A stretch of 64,000 bases of DNA from the NCBI GenBank assembly GCA_905250055.1, contig CAJNOF010000027.1, forward strand, positions 908,618-972,617, read 5' to 3'. The translations under genes and the position numbers were made by a program. How positions within the stretch are numbered: the first letter of the stretch is position 1; each line of letters starts with the position of its first letter. The notes beneath the pieces were generated by a model that saw only the letters and a list, made by a program, of their open reading frames with translations, made no database searches and was not told the DNA's origin. The DNA is from Rotaria sp. (lineage: Eukaryota). Shown here piece after piece: positions 25,939 through 39,571 of this stretch.

Positions 25939-28609
25939 TTACACCGTTGTTACTGGATTTAATATATCTCTTCTAATGTAAAATAGAAGATAAGCATCTC
26001 GCGATACAATTTCATCTTTCAAATCATCAAGTCTTACACGTGTTACACTCGAATCATCGAATCTATACCAATCATTTCTATTCAATATAAGATGCTTAGC
26101 ATACGCTGTATAATGACCTCCAGAAATCGATCCCATATGATTACAAGTTGCGATTAAATCATAAATAGCTTCTTTCTCGGAAGATGGTAAGAACTCACTT
26201 AAATTTAGTTTTTCTATGGGATAATCAACAAATGTTTCGATTTTTTGATGTAAACCGTTTTCATGCGAAAATCTTTTGAATTGAATAACTAATACAGGTG
26301 GAAGCGTGCAAAGTTTAAGTTGTTTAGTAGCTGCCGTCTTCTTTTTACATTTTTCTTGTTGGCAAGTCCATTCATCTTCGAGTGTTTCTGACGAAAAAAA
26401 TTGCTCAAGACAATCGTCAAGTGTCAATGTTTTCGTAGATATTTCCAAGCGTTCAGGTAGAGCATTATCTAAATGTTCGTCTCGTTCCATTAATATAATT
26501 TCGTCATGAAGTATCTCACTAACTGGTGTTTTAAAGTTCAGTTCACCATCGGGTAACATAGCGAGTATATAGTGAAAGAGTTCAGGTCGTTTACAAGATT
26601 TAACGAATTGTTCTACAATATGCCCAACTTGACCACTGATAGGCACGTACACCATAGATATTTCATCCTTTCCTGTTTTTGCAATATAATTAATCCAAAA
26701 AACTCGTTCTTGTCGATTGAGTGGTATTGACAAAAAACTGATAGGATTTTTGGTTGATTCTTCTTTATTACATGTAGTACATGTTATAGTCGATTTTATT
26801 TCTCCAAAAAAGAGTTGTTTTATTATAGTATTTTTCCCATGTTTATTTTTTTCTTTTAATTCTCTGTGTATAGCATCGAGAACGAAAGTCATAAATTCTT
26901 GAGCATCTTGCTGATCAGTTGTAGAAAAACGTGGTTCCTTCTTACCAATTATGTCTTTAATACGAGTAGGTTTAAATGAATCGTAACTACAATCGTTATC
27001 ATCAAATTTCCGTAAATTCCAAAGTAAATCAACATATGCTCCCGTTACATCGCCTACTTCATCGTATGGATTCCAATCATTATCTGTATGTTCACCATCG
27101 TCCATATAAGTATGACGAATACCCTCCAAAAAGAAATTAGTTAATGGTGGTATATGAGCGAGACATTGAATTGCACTGTTCATATAGCATGAATTGCCAA
27201 GATTATCCAAACCAATAGGTTTTTTGCTGATGCGATTAGTTTTCGGTCGTTTATCTTTCTTGAGTAATGGAGAGGATTCTGTGCTTACAATCGATGAATG
27301 AGTAGGAGGTTTATCTATTATGATGGCATCGATAATGTCGCCCGGTTTGAATCCTATATCGGCTAAACATCGGGATGTTTCGTTACCTTTTTGGACCTTG
27401 AAAACAGTTTTTCCTGAAGATATTTCAGATAATACTAATCGTTTATGTTTTTTTAAACTGTATATTTCTTTAATCAGTTGATCAACAGTATCTCTCACTG
27501 ATGCTTCTATTTTTTCAGGATTGTCCGACGGAAATCTACAAATGACAGTGACCTTATCATAATTATTTTTCGTAGTCGATGATGAAAATGATTGTTTAGA
27601 TGTTTTGCTTTCATTATTTACAATAGCTGACTGAGTGTTTCTGGTAGCCAGATGAAAATTAGCAAAAATGGTTTGATCAGGTTTAATGCCGAACGATTTT
27701 AAAATTCGATCAGAATCATTCGAGTGAATCTCTTCTTTTGCTTCATTTAACAATTGGAACTTAGTAATATGTTCATCGCCATATCGTTTCTGAATTTTAT
27801 TTTTTAATTCACCAATTGTTTCTGTATTCGGTACGTGTATAACAAAGTTATTATTACCATTAGTGCATTGAACATGAACATCTTTTTTGTGATTTTCAAT
27901 GGTCAATGGAAGTGGTGGAATGATCTGAACATAAATCGCCATTCGATCACTAACACCTAATTCACTTAATCGTTTATAAGAATCAGAGAGCAAGTTGAGT
28001 TCATTGCAAATCGTTAACAGATGAATTCGTTGGCGTTCCACCAAATGTAATGAAAATTTTTCGATAACATATTTAAGAAGCATAGCCAGTGTTGTTTTTG
28101 CTCTGTACCACTGAAATATAACAGTTTCCTTGTCATCTGGTCCAATAATTGACGATTGACATTTCTTCGGTGGAGCTGCATTAAGTGTTGGTTCAAAATA
28201 AAGTATACAATCGTTGGTCACGTTTAACTCTCGTAGTGTCTTCGATGTGTTGATTACATCCAATGGATAACAGTCCTTCTTACACCTAAATCCAACAAGA
28301 CGAACCTCTTCTAGAGGAATATCATCGAGGTAAAGGATTTTTAATAGATCTTGTGTAATATCACGAATGGTAATTGCCAGTAGACTATTAACATTTACTT
28401 TTAATTCTATATCATGTTTTTTGTCTGTGTATTGAAGTTCCAATTCAATTCCTTGATTTAACCGAGAGTGTGACGGACAGTCAGGGTTGCTACAACCTCT
28501 CACATGCGATATAGTCCCATGAATCATGATGTTATTTTTCAAACGTAAAGTGTTGCGACTATATTTATGGCCCAATATTTTATTCGAACAAATTAAATAA
28601 AATTCTTCA
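25939..28609 (-). CDS. ubiquitin carboxyl-terminal hydrolase (USP, peptidase C19) - large 3-prime coding exon; 5-prime end uncertain (acceptor at 28610-28611 implies an upstream exon; first in-frame ATG inside at 28527)
   Basis: 916-codon open frame. Cys box GLDNLGNSCYMNSAIQCLAHIPPLTNFF. His box SGGHYTAYAKHL...WYRFDDSSV and C-term ...DAYLLFYIRRD. UBL-like segment upstream of the catalytic domain. Stop TAA at 25939-25941. tcattatag acceptor immediately 5-prime of the coding frame. Confidence 0.85.
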
Positions 28610-31600
28610 TCTATAATGAAAAATAATATCTGATAACAAAAGAAAATGTATGTCACGCTTTTTCTTAAATAACATGAATAATAATTCATCAGATACTCAA
28701 TTGTTGTGAAGGAAGCATAATGATTGCGTTGTGAGTCATTATATTTTATATATTATTAATTTTCCATATACCATATAAATATTTATCATGTGTTTTTATT
28801 AACTATTGTTACAACGAACAGTAAAAATGCAAAAGATGTATAAACATCGAAATTACTTTAAACATTTTCTTCCGATACTCACACATCCGAATTTTTAAAC
28901 GAAGTAAACGTGCAAACCATGTTTTTTTTATATGACTCGTCGTCTGATTTTTACCTTTTTTTTTTGTTCTTCCTTCTATATGCAACTTGAAACAAATAAA
29001 CTTCGATCGTCAACAACAATGAAGAAACATGTAATATAGAGACACTGACACATATAGTGGAGAAAAGACAATTTTTGTTTTTTTTCTGTTCTGTTTTCCT
29101 TGGAAAAAATAAAGAGCACCTTTTGTTTATTTTGCATTCGTATATTTACTTGTTTTTTTTTTAAATAAAACGAAATGATAGTAAAAACCTGAAAAAATAT
29201 TTCATTTTAACGAATGCTAAATCGTTTTTTCATCAAGATTCTCACAAAGATACTTTGAACTCTTTCGTCATAGAAATTAAATCACAATTAAAATCATTTA
29301 GTCTATGATCTTCTCTTTCAAAATTACTAAGAGTTTCATCTTCTATAATTTTGAACTAACAATTTATATAAAAATTTTTCTTTGTTATTGCATCAAATTT
29401 TTCAAAAATATATTATCTTCCATCGAATAAATGGAAGAAATTCGTCATGTGAAGCTATCAGATATCAACAACAATTTTCTCTTTTTGACTTGGCTATGAA
29501 TAATTGATATCATCTAATGTCAATTATTCTTTGTTTCGTTGAATTATTCATTTAACACTTCCCTTTCTATGAAATCATTTCTGTCAAACTGTTTGATGAC
29601 CATCGATCATTCTTTTCATATACGAATTAATATGTTTAAGGTAGTCATTATATTGATAGTAAGTTATATAATTATGATTACCTATAGATTATTATCGAAG
29701 AAAACTTTGTTTTGATCATTAAATACATTGGTACAAAATGGATGATAGAGAATTAGTGTTTATGCATATTAGACGCCGCATTAGCGGTAGATAATGCACT
29801 TATCTCATACACAACTTGGTTGACAATAAGTGAAGTTAAATACTAATAATAATTTCATTTAATAAAAATGATTCCATGAATTTCGAAAAGCTAAGAGAAG
29901 AGTATGAAAGTGGATGCAAGTGCAAATGTTCTCTTCCTTTATTCACATTCACATCCTCTCTATTTCTACTATTTATGCTAGTTTGTGTACCGATTTTTGT
30001 TTCATGTATTTTTCTGAAGTATGATTATTATTCCTTATAATATATGCTATTACATTAATAATAAATTTGGTGATCAAAAATATTTATACACTTTTTATTG
30101 TGTTGATCTTAATTGTGAATATATGAATACAATAAATTAGAATTTTTAGTGACTGTAAACTTTGGAAACCGTTATTACACTTACTTTTTTGCTTCAAATA
30201 AAGTCGATTTAAACTTTCGGATGGACACACCTAGATACTTGAAACTTCCATGGGCTTCTAGTAGTTCTCTATGAATTACATCTATACCTATGTTTTGTCA
30301 ATCTAAGAGTATTTGAAACATATCGAGCTACGTATACAGACATCATTGAAATATATGTTTTATTATAGTGCAAGCATGCATAAGTATCAGAGCTTTAGGG
30401 CTTAGATAAGCTAGTCTCTTATACATAGATTTCGTCGACTAGGATAAACTCAAATATTCGTTTCAAGTTCCACCAAACTAATAGATTTGTCTAGTGCATT
30501 GAAATTCTCGTTTAAATATCGAAATTCTTATTATTTACGGAGGTTCATAGTATGAGTGATCCATTGGAACAAACATAGAAAACGTTTTTGAAGAGCTAAC
30601 GAGTTTTTTATGACTAAATATTAAATTGTACATTGACAACAAATTTAAGTAACGCTTCATCTTTGCAACTGAATAAAAATTGTACAAAAAATCAGAGATT
30701 GATGAGCAAGAAGCTACTATCAAATTTTTTTCCGCATACAGCAACTAAATGCACGTTCTCGTTAAATATTCCCAGTATAATGTACAAATCTACAATTTAA
30801 TCTCTTTTTAGTGAATGAGTACAAGCATTTTAACATAAACTACTAATTGCTTCCGTTTTCTGGTCTACGCTCTTAAAAAAAAACCGTTTGACACCGAACT
30901 CTTCTTCAGTGCGGTAGGGAGCTTCGAAACTTAAAAACATTCTTCACTGGGATACACTCTCGAAACTTTTACTACGAAACCTTTTTGAGATCTGTAGAAC
31001 AAAAAGAGTTCTGCATCAAAAATACAAAACCTTTTGAGGGTGATACAAATTCTTGAGAATATAATACGAAACCTACAAGATTTTGTTTTAAACTGGAATG
31101 GTTTCGTAGTAAATACTTTAAACATGTATCCTAATGAAGAACTATTTTATGTTTCGTAGCCCCTGACGAACTCAGAGATGTTCACTATAAAACCTTTTCT
31201 TTTTAGAATGTATACTAGTGTTAGACACAGCCAAATATAATTTTTAAACCAGAAGCAATATGTTTTATGTAAACGGCATTAAAACACTCGTTCTTGCTGC
31301 TCTATTTTTAATTTCTCTAGTGTCGACCTTACAAGAAATGTTAATCCTATTCTCAATTCAAAAAATTTCGTCGTCTATGCAAACATGATGTTACTATATT
31401 ATAGTTTTCATTTTCTTCCGTTTCTTTATATACAGATAAAAATGAATTTTTACTTTCGTAGATAGCATCTATAAAAACATCATTGCAAAAGTGAGACATG
31501 ATGATGGAATGAATGATGGATACTTTTTTTCGAAATGTCTTACTAAATCTGAATTAAGAATAGATGAAAGTACGTACAATTATAAGTTTTGAACTATATA

Positions 31601-33383
31601 TCAGTAAATCAAAGAAATGAAAATCTGAATTACGATTGCGACTAAAACATGATTTATTCATGTCAACATAATTCATCAAATAAAAAAACATTTTTCAGTT
31701 GTTAGGTATTATCATCTTGAATTTTTTATTAAATTCAACAGTGACAAAATTACAGATGTATCTTTTGCATGAGAAAAGCAACATACTTCGAAATCCATAG
31801 AATTTACTTCTATTGTGCTCTATTGTTGATTGAATATAAACTAGAAGGAACGTTAAAGCGAAATATCTGAGGAATACTTGCCTCTCTAACAAATGTCATA
31901 TACTCACTTACGCATTTAGAAGTCTTGCACACGATTTCAAAAGAAAATGTTGGAGTCATTTCAAACCTAATTTTGTTAATTATTTTTAGTTGAAAAATTT
32001 TGAAAACTAGGTATAATTCTAATGAAATCTGATCAGTTTAGATTATCCTTTAGGTGTGTGTCTTGCATCATTTTTTCCTGAAACCAAAATTAAATAAATC
32101 TTAATACCTTCCTCTCTTGAAATTTAGCATCATGTGTTCAGATATTTCAATAAGATATCTCTTATAGTGACATCTATACTTCTTATTTTATGTTGCATTC
32201 TAATATTTGTAAATTAATAGAAACAATTCAATATGAAGAATCTACGAATAGAATAAAATAGGTCATTAATTGTTTGTATTGATAAAAATGAAATATTATT
32301 GGTACTCATGATTTTTCAATACATGTGCGTTTGAAAGAAAGAATGATATGTTCATGCTTTGTTTGTGATATTGTGCATAAGTCGCTTATGTGTCAATTTT
32401 ATACAATGTATCGAATAAATGATTCATTAATTTCGAAGCAAAAAAAACCAAACACCCATAATTTATCGTAATTATCAACAATCAAAATGATAAGAAAAAT
32501 TAATAAATCTATAATATTCTCTAACTAATTTGGGATTCTATAGACAGAAAAAATGCTATGGTCATCAACACTATGGTACAATGTTTTTATAGTTTAGTAT
32601 TTGATTTAAAGTGAAGGTCAAAAGAGAAGGATGTGTGTAGTACTTTCAAAAATTCAACTCCTCTGTACGGAACATAAAACTTGAGTAAAATTCAGGTATG
32701 TTTAGACAGAAAAATATATTCAACTAACACTACTATTAATATGGCATGAAAGAATTTCTTACTTTTTTTTTAAACTTATGTTCAAAAAAAATAAAAATTA
32801 CTTTATTTTTGAAATGTATACGTAATACGATTGTAATTAAAAACTAGCAACCAGTTACTGTCTTGTATCAAACAAATTCGATAATAACTATGCCAATAGA
32901 TTTAGTTCACAATCTTTTCAATAACAGTGGCTCATTCTAAGCTGCACTGGACTATTTGTGTCAATATATCACTTCTTGTAATGTATATCGAATCATACAT
33001 ATTCAACGATTGTATGTATTTCATAAGATGAAACATGAAATGATTGTTTTAGGTTTTTTCTTTGAAATATACATGAAAAAACAACTGATTTTGTCTATCA
33101 TTATTTCAAGCAATTTTATTCATATATCAAAATAAGTAGAAATTTTCTCCAGTCTTAATATATATATATATAAATATCTATTGATTTCGATATGAAACAA
33201 TAGGCATCAGAGATAGGATCAGTTCGGTTCAAACTTTAAAAAAAAAACTAGGTCGACTCGATTTGAGAAAAAAAATACGAACCAATCCAATAACGAATAT
33301 GTATTTGATCTAGTTCAATTATATTATTTTTATTTTATTTTAGATTTTATATAAAAAAAACAAAAAATAAGCGTGTTCTTCTA

Positions 33384-34005
33384 ATGAAATTATTAGTAAT
33401 TATTTTGAGCTTTATTTTACTTTCTCATATATATGGATTGAATACAGATGAATCAACTGGTATTAATGTATTAGAAACATTAAAAGCAAAAAATTTATCT
33501 TGTGATCTTCATGTTTTTGTAAATTCAACTGGCAATTCTCAAGATGAATATGAAGTTTTTATAAATGATCTAACACAATACTGTTCGAATTCTGAATCAA
33601 CAAAATCATATAGAGTTTTATGTCATATGATATTAATAGAACTTGAAATTGGTTGTTTATCTCTAAATAAAACACAACCATTACCAATAAAATATATAAC
33701 TTCGTATACACCAGATAAAATATGTTCAATCAATAAAATACTATATATAAATCGTTGGATATGGGACAAATTAAAAACAAATGAAAAAAATCAAATTGGT
33801 ACAACATCGATTAAATTATGTTCTACAATAACTTCATTTAATGAGACACTTCGATTGGCAAATTTTTTTTATAAAACTGCATCACGTATTAGAGAAATTG
33901 ATACATATAATATACAGTCTTTATCACATCAAACACTTACTAATTCATCTGCTAATAAAGTCCGACTAGTTAAAAAAAAATCGTTCAAAAAAACAAATAA
34001 TACAA
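33384..34005 (+). CDS. secreted protein, exon 1 of a candidate micro-exon-type (MEG-like) gene: signal peptide MKLLVIILSFILLSHIYG, 6 Cys, several N-glyc sites; ends in phase 1 at donor GTAATT (34006)
   Basis: 209-codon ORF in a region with about 25% GC, where chance ORFs this long are very unlikely. Its last codons ...ACA A|GTAATT give a phase-1 donor compatible with all downstream short exons. Confidence 0.5.
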
Positions 34006-34055
34006 GTAATTAAGCTCTTGTTTTTTTCAAACTTTTTTTTATTATATAAAAATAG

Positions 34056-34151
34056 GTGGGAAGAAAGTCGAACTAGAAAATCAATTATTAGTTAAAAATA
34101 TAAATGAAGATTCTTTATTACAGAAACATAATTTTGAAGACAAAATAACAA
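34056..34151 (+). CDS. MEG-like gene, symmetric phase-1 short exon (96 nt)
   Basis: Acceptor aaaaatag; open in the continuing frame (S)GKKVELENQLLVKNINEDSLLQKHNFEDKIT; donor ACA A|GTAAAA. Confidence 0.35.
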
Positions 34152-34221
34152 GTAAAAAAAAATATTTTATTGTTTCTTTTCATATAAAATAAAACATTTT
34201 TTTTTTTTTGTTTTATTATAG

Positions 34222-34272
34222 AAAATAAAACACAATTAGTGTTAGACTTAAAACACGAACAATTCCAATTTG
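34222..34272 (+). CDS. MEG-like gene, symmetric phase-1 micro-exon (51 nt)
   Basis: Acceptor ttttattatag; (K)NKTQLVLDLKHEQFQF; donor GTAAAT. Confidence 0.35.
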
Positions 34273-34330
34273 GTAAATTATTTCTATTTATGTTTTTTTT
34301 AAAATAACCATTTAATGTTTTGTTTTAAAG

Positions 34331-34357
34331 ATATTAATGAAACTCAGAATATAGAAA
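34331..34357 (+). CDS. MEG-like gene, symmetric phase-1 micro-exon (27 nt)
   Basis: Acceptor gttttaaag; (D)INETQNIE; donor GTAAGT. Confidence 0.35.
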
Positions 34358-36559
34358 GTAAGTTTTAAAAAAGTTTTTTTTTTCGATAATAGTGGAAAAA
34401 AAAACCAATGTACTGTTGAGATTAGATCAAACATAAATACTTTAGTGAATTTTCTTTTGCAGAGAGAATTATTTGAATAATAATGAGAGTCATGAAAAAT
34501 AATATTGATTATTTTGGTGCTAAAGACAAATTAAATGTTGAACAAAACAAAATCGATTGAGAAAATCTTAAACAACTATTTCAGGTTCAATGATAAGGCT
34601 TGTTTTGATAGAAATTCGAGATGTGCAGCGTCAGCTTTTGTCATACACTATATGTTGAGTAAGAACAATTTTCTTACTCTGTTCTGTACTGAATCTGTTC
34701 TTACCTTATCCTACGAAATGTTTATCTCACTCCCTCTTAATCCTATTCTATGTAGTTAGAAGCCTCTAAAAGTGACAAATAGCGAAATAATATCGCAATA
34801 TAGATGTGCTGGGTAAACATTTTCCGTATCCTATAGTTTAACTAATGAAGGAACCTCATTAAATGATACATTATGTTTGAAGTCATACGTAACGCTTATA
34901 GTGTAGATAAAAAGTCTAACAGGTTTTTCTTCATCAGTTCTCTGTTCTTGGCTTATGACCAACTTACTGAATTTCCAGTCTATGGCAACGGACAAAGAGA
35001 AAAACCAAATCGAGGAATTTCAATCTGAAAATATGTCATGAAAGCAGATCTCATGATCCTTAGAATTCTCAGAAAGTTTAGTCTACAATGGATAATATAT
35101 CACTAAAAGAACAAATAGGCAAAAAAGGTCGTTTCTCATAAAACATTCGAGAAAATCCGATCTGTTTGATATTCAATATTTTGAGAAGAAAGCATTCATG
35201 TTGGCTGAAATTTTCGTGATATTATAAGAGCTATGAAGTCTCTTTTTAGACAAAATTTCAAATGAAAATTCAGTAAAAATGATCATAACATGAGAACAAG
35301 GACCTAATGTGAAGCATCCTTTTAGGGTTTTTATCTACATTACGAGTCGTATCTATGAGCAAAATATGAGTTCAAATAGAGTGTATCAATGGATGAGATT
35401 CACTCGAGAGAAAAATTTTGACATGTTTACCCTGCTCTGCAGGATAGGGTGGGATAATTCTGCACATCTCTAATCAAAATACAGGAAGAACAATTAATAT
35501 TACTGCGACAAACAGTTGAAATATCTCCACTTCGGTTCGTTCGAACGGACTGATATTTTGGTTAGTGGTACTAACTTATTTAAAGTTCTATTTTTTTTTT
35601 ATACGGATAACGTAAACAAATACTACTGTCTAGTTAGATCGTTGATCTCGCTAAAGATGTTTTGAACATTGTTAAGTAAGAAAAGACAACTGTGAAGCGT
35701 TTCGTGGAAAATTTTCAATTATGCTGTAAGCAAATAATGAAAAGTCAAAATGAACTATATTTCTGTACAGAGAGCAAGTTTTTGAAACTAGTCTATGTTA
35801 ATGCGAAAATCTATGCCGCATAAGTAAAACATATAATGGCAGCTCCGTGGGCACCAACTTTCTTGCAAAAAACTATTGTTCCATACTTACAAAGTCGAAA
35901 CTTTGTAATCCTTGACTTTTAGACTAACTAGTTCTGAAAATTTACTCTATATACCATCAGTATAATATCATTTATAAAGTTAGTTTTGATTTCTTCTTCT
36001 TCTTATTCTCTTCGATAAAAATTAAAAACTATCCATGAAATGCTACCGTTCTATTTTTCTTATTTGATAACAAATAAAATTGCTTTCATGACATCAACAA
36101 TAACACTTAACCGTAATATTTCTTTACCTTACCCATATAAAAAAAAAGCTTTGAATAAACTACTGCTACTAATCAATAAATCAGCTCATTTGATTCAACC
36201 AAAGTGAAGATATTTCATTCTTGTTTAAATCATAATCCTATTTGAGATCCATCCCTGTCCTTCAGATGATTAATGCAAGTTTAAAATATGATTGATAATC
36301 ATAATTGAGCTAATTAATAAACTAAAATTAGAAAAATCTTAGTTCTTTTAAGCAAATAAACAAACAAAGTGGAATCAATTCGATGTTCATTATATTAGAA
36401 ACATTTTGAATCATCTCATATTTTTAACGAGTCGTAGATATAGTTAAAATTTATCACTTCATGTTTTTCCGAAACCTAATCATCATCATTTATTGATGCA
36501 ATTTTCTGTAAAATTGATAACAAAAATTTGATTGATTTTTCAACATATTTTCATTATAG

Positions 36560-36622
36560 ATGATGTAGAACAAGTGGATGAAACGGAAGTACAACTAGTG
36601 CATGAAAGAAAAAGGAATGAAG
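36560..36622 (+). CDS. MEG-like gene, symmetric phase-1 short exon (63 nt)
   Basis: Acceptor tcattatag; (N)DVEQVDETEVQLVHERKRNE; donor GTAATT. Confidence 0.35.
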
Positions 36623-36674
36623 GTAATTAATTGTTTATCATTCATTAAAATTAATCATAGATAAATATATCTAG

Positions 36675-36710
36675 TGGGAATTCCATTAGGACGAAATGAA
36701 GAACTACCAG
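36675..36710 (+). CDS. MEG-like gene, symmetric phase-1 micro-exon (36 nt)
   Basis: Acceptor atatatctag; (V)GIPLGRNEELP; donor GTATAT. Confidence 0.35.
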
Positions 36711-36851
36711 GTATATAGTTTTGTATTATTTGTATTTTTTTTTATTATTCTTTTTTCTATAGCACGGGTACAAGTTAATGAACGACCGAGTACGTCATAT
36801 TTTTAGAATGAATGAAACGACAAAAAAAAATATATAATTTTATTTAAATAG

Positions 36852-36920
36852 AACCAAAAGCTCTGGATATTGAAGTTGTCTTTCAATCAAATGATGGTGA
36901 AAAACGAAATTGGATTGAAG
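36852..36920 (+). CDS. MEG-like gene, symmetric phase-1 short exon (69 nt)
   Basis: Acceptor tttaaatag; (E)PKALDIEVVFQSNDGEKRNWIE; donor GTATCA. Confidence 0.35.
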
Positions 36921-37010
36921 GTATCACTTTAATTTAACACGAATTGGGATACGGGTACTAAAACAAAATTTTGAAAATTTAATTTTGTCTAACACTGACA
37001 AACACTTATA

Positions 37011-37133
37011 GGACGAGATGGCAAACATAAAGAAGAAAATGAACCACATTTTCACTCACTTCAGTATAATCGAACAAAATCTCAAGAAAATCGATTTGTC
37101 GTTCCTTCAGCAGCAAAGAGAAAACCTAAACTT
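37011..37133 (+). CDS. MEG-like gene, symmetric phase-1 exon (123 nt); terminal exon not resolved (possibly acceptor at about 37452 giving ...I-stop)
   Basis: Acceptor acacttatag; (G)RDGKHKEENEPHFHSLQYNRTKSQENRFVVPSAAKRKPKL; donor GTAAGA. Confidence 0.35.
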
Positions 37134-39571
37134 AGTAAGATATTTTATTTTATTTTATTTCTTTTAATTCAATAGAAAAATAGATATAATTGTATCAAGA
37201 ATTGTTCACTGAAAAATAAATTGAAAACGTGTTACTAGAGTTCATCGGATAGATCTCAGATCTAACGGACGCTACTCTGAAAGTTAGAATCAATTATAAA
37301 TTAATTTCTATAAGATCACCTTGAATATTCCTGAAGAGATGTGTAGGATGTGTTCATCGTCGAACATAAATAATTAGACAGTGTTTCAAAAGCTCGAACA
37401 AAAAACCGTGAATACCTCTTCAGCAATTTAAGGAACTTAAATATCGTTTTTTTACAGTTTGATGACATATTCATTGAAGTTTTCAGATAAAATGTCTGTG
37501 TTTGCAGACGTCAGAATTAAAATAGTTTTACTGATGATCAAATTTGATTTAGGTATCATTGTAAAACGAAAGCTGCAAATTAAATGCGGCAAAAATGCAT
37601 CAACAGAACCACCTTTCAGCGATTTTGTCAAACTAGTACTATCGAAAACCGATCGCATTCTGAAAGATCTATGGCAATTACTGAATAAAAAGTCAATGAA
37701 GTTAAGGATACTTATGAAAATAAGCCAGAATGATGCATTCAGTCTATTACTCAAACTTGCTCATTAACCACAAACAATAACATACCGGTTTATGGTAAAA
37801 CATCTGTTACTAAAGCCATACGAGATAGAATTTGTTCAATAGTTCTACGAACAAGAGTTACATAAACCGAACACTTGATTCTAGATCATTTTCACAAACG
37901 TCATGAACTTCATCGATTTTCGATAGTACTATTTTTATAAAATCACTTGAATGTGTTGCTAATTGAACATTTAGTATGGGTACTTTTTTTTCTAAATGTA
38001 ATTTGCAGCTATCATTTTACAATGCTGATTTATTTGAATTGGCCTATGAATAAAACTATTTTAATCGGACTTCTCTAGATGTCTAGAGATTTTAATTGAA
38101 ATATATTGAATAAAACTTTAATGAATATGTGATTAAACTTTAGAAAAAATATTTAAATCTTTTGAATTACTGAGAAGCTATTAATAGTTTGTTTTTCGTT
38201 CGGAGTTTCTTGGAATAACCTATGATCGAAAAAGTATCTCATACCTTCGAAGCAATTACTGGACTCAAATTAAAAACTCTATTAGGAATATGAAGAATAC
38301 GGTTTGGCATTGGTTCCCGAAAATTTTGAAATAGACAGCCTCTATTCGTCACCAAAGCCAATTTTATTCGAATGAACAGTTTCATTGAATGTCATTGTTT
38401 CGAAATTTTTTCAATCAGCATTATAATGTCGATGTTCTCATGGGTCGTTTATTCTCATATCTTCATTCGAATAGCAATTATTTCCTCATTACTTAATATT
38501 CAGTTATATTATTTTGTTGAATCATACCTTTCGCCTTTATTTTCTGATAAAATACCTGAAAAACTATTTTAAGAGCTGAAAATTTATAACACAATAGCTT
38601 TAAGCAAAATAAATCTTCATCCGAGTAACATACTAAATCAAAAATATTTTATTTAGAAGAGTGCGTTATTCAAATATTCGGTTATAAAAGGACAATTTTG
38701 AATATTAAATGAGCATCAGTCTATTGAGTCCAATCCTGAAGAAAATACTAGTTCGATAAATCGTTGATAATCTATCAAATTTTTCTTTTTACTTATTAAA
38801 TTATTTACTCTAATATTTCTCTTTTAAGAACCAAGATTAAGTTTATATCGTGATGATGACGATGATTGGTTAGACAAGGTTATCACTGGTTTTCTTGTTT
38901 TTATCTTATTTATGATTATCATTTATTTGATACTAAACCATAAGAATAAAGTAAATAAATTATTTTTCAAAAAAAACTAAAAGAAAAAGGAAAACTCCCA
39001 TTTTCTTCGTTAATATAGATATTAGGTTTGATAATTGAAGGATGCAGACGACAACGTGTAATACATGGACGTCGTTTTGGTGTAAGTTCTAGTACAACAC
39101 GTCTTACTCGTTCAACGCATTCGATTTAAAAAACGCTATTAAATAAAAACAAACATTTATAATCTTTTCTTTTTTTTTCGAGAAATTCTTATTTGAATTT
39201 TCTTAACTTTTTTTTTGTGTAAAGTTAATCTTTATTTATATTGAAATATTCCATCGTGACAATTAGAGAACAATATAATGCAAGTCTTATTCTCAATAAA
39301 TTTATATCAGTTTGATGAATCATTCTGTATTGTTTTCTTTTAAATGTTGAGCTTTTGCAAACAATCTGTATCATTATAGTATATTTTTTCTTTTCTTAGT
39401 AATTCGTACTAATCATATATCATTAAAAAACATTATCTTTTTTGTCATTAGTGAAAATTAATAAAGAAAGGATGAAAAAGAAGATTTAATAGATGCTACA
39501 TAATTTAATTAATTATTATTTTGATGTATAAGAATAATTTTTTGATGTATTTTTGAATCTTACTTCAATAT

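Noticed and set aside
37452-37767. Overlapping 100-aa ORFs on both strands, considered as terminal exon of the MEG-like gene
   Set aside because: Neither frame joins the phase-1 frame from exon 37011-37133 (the acceptor at about 37452 gives ATT-TGA immediately). No homology recognised
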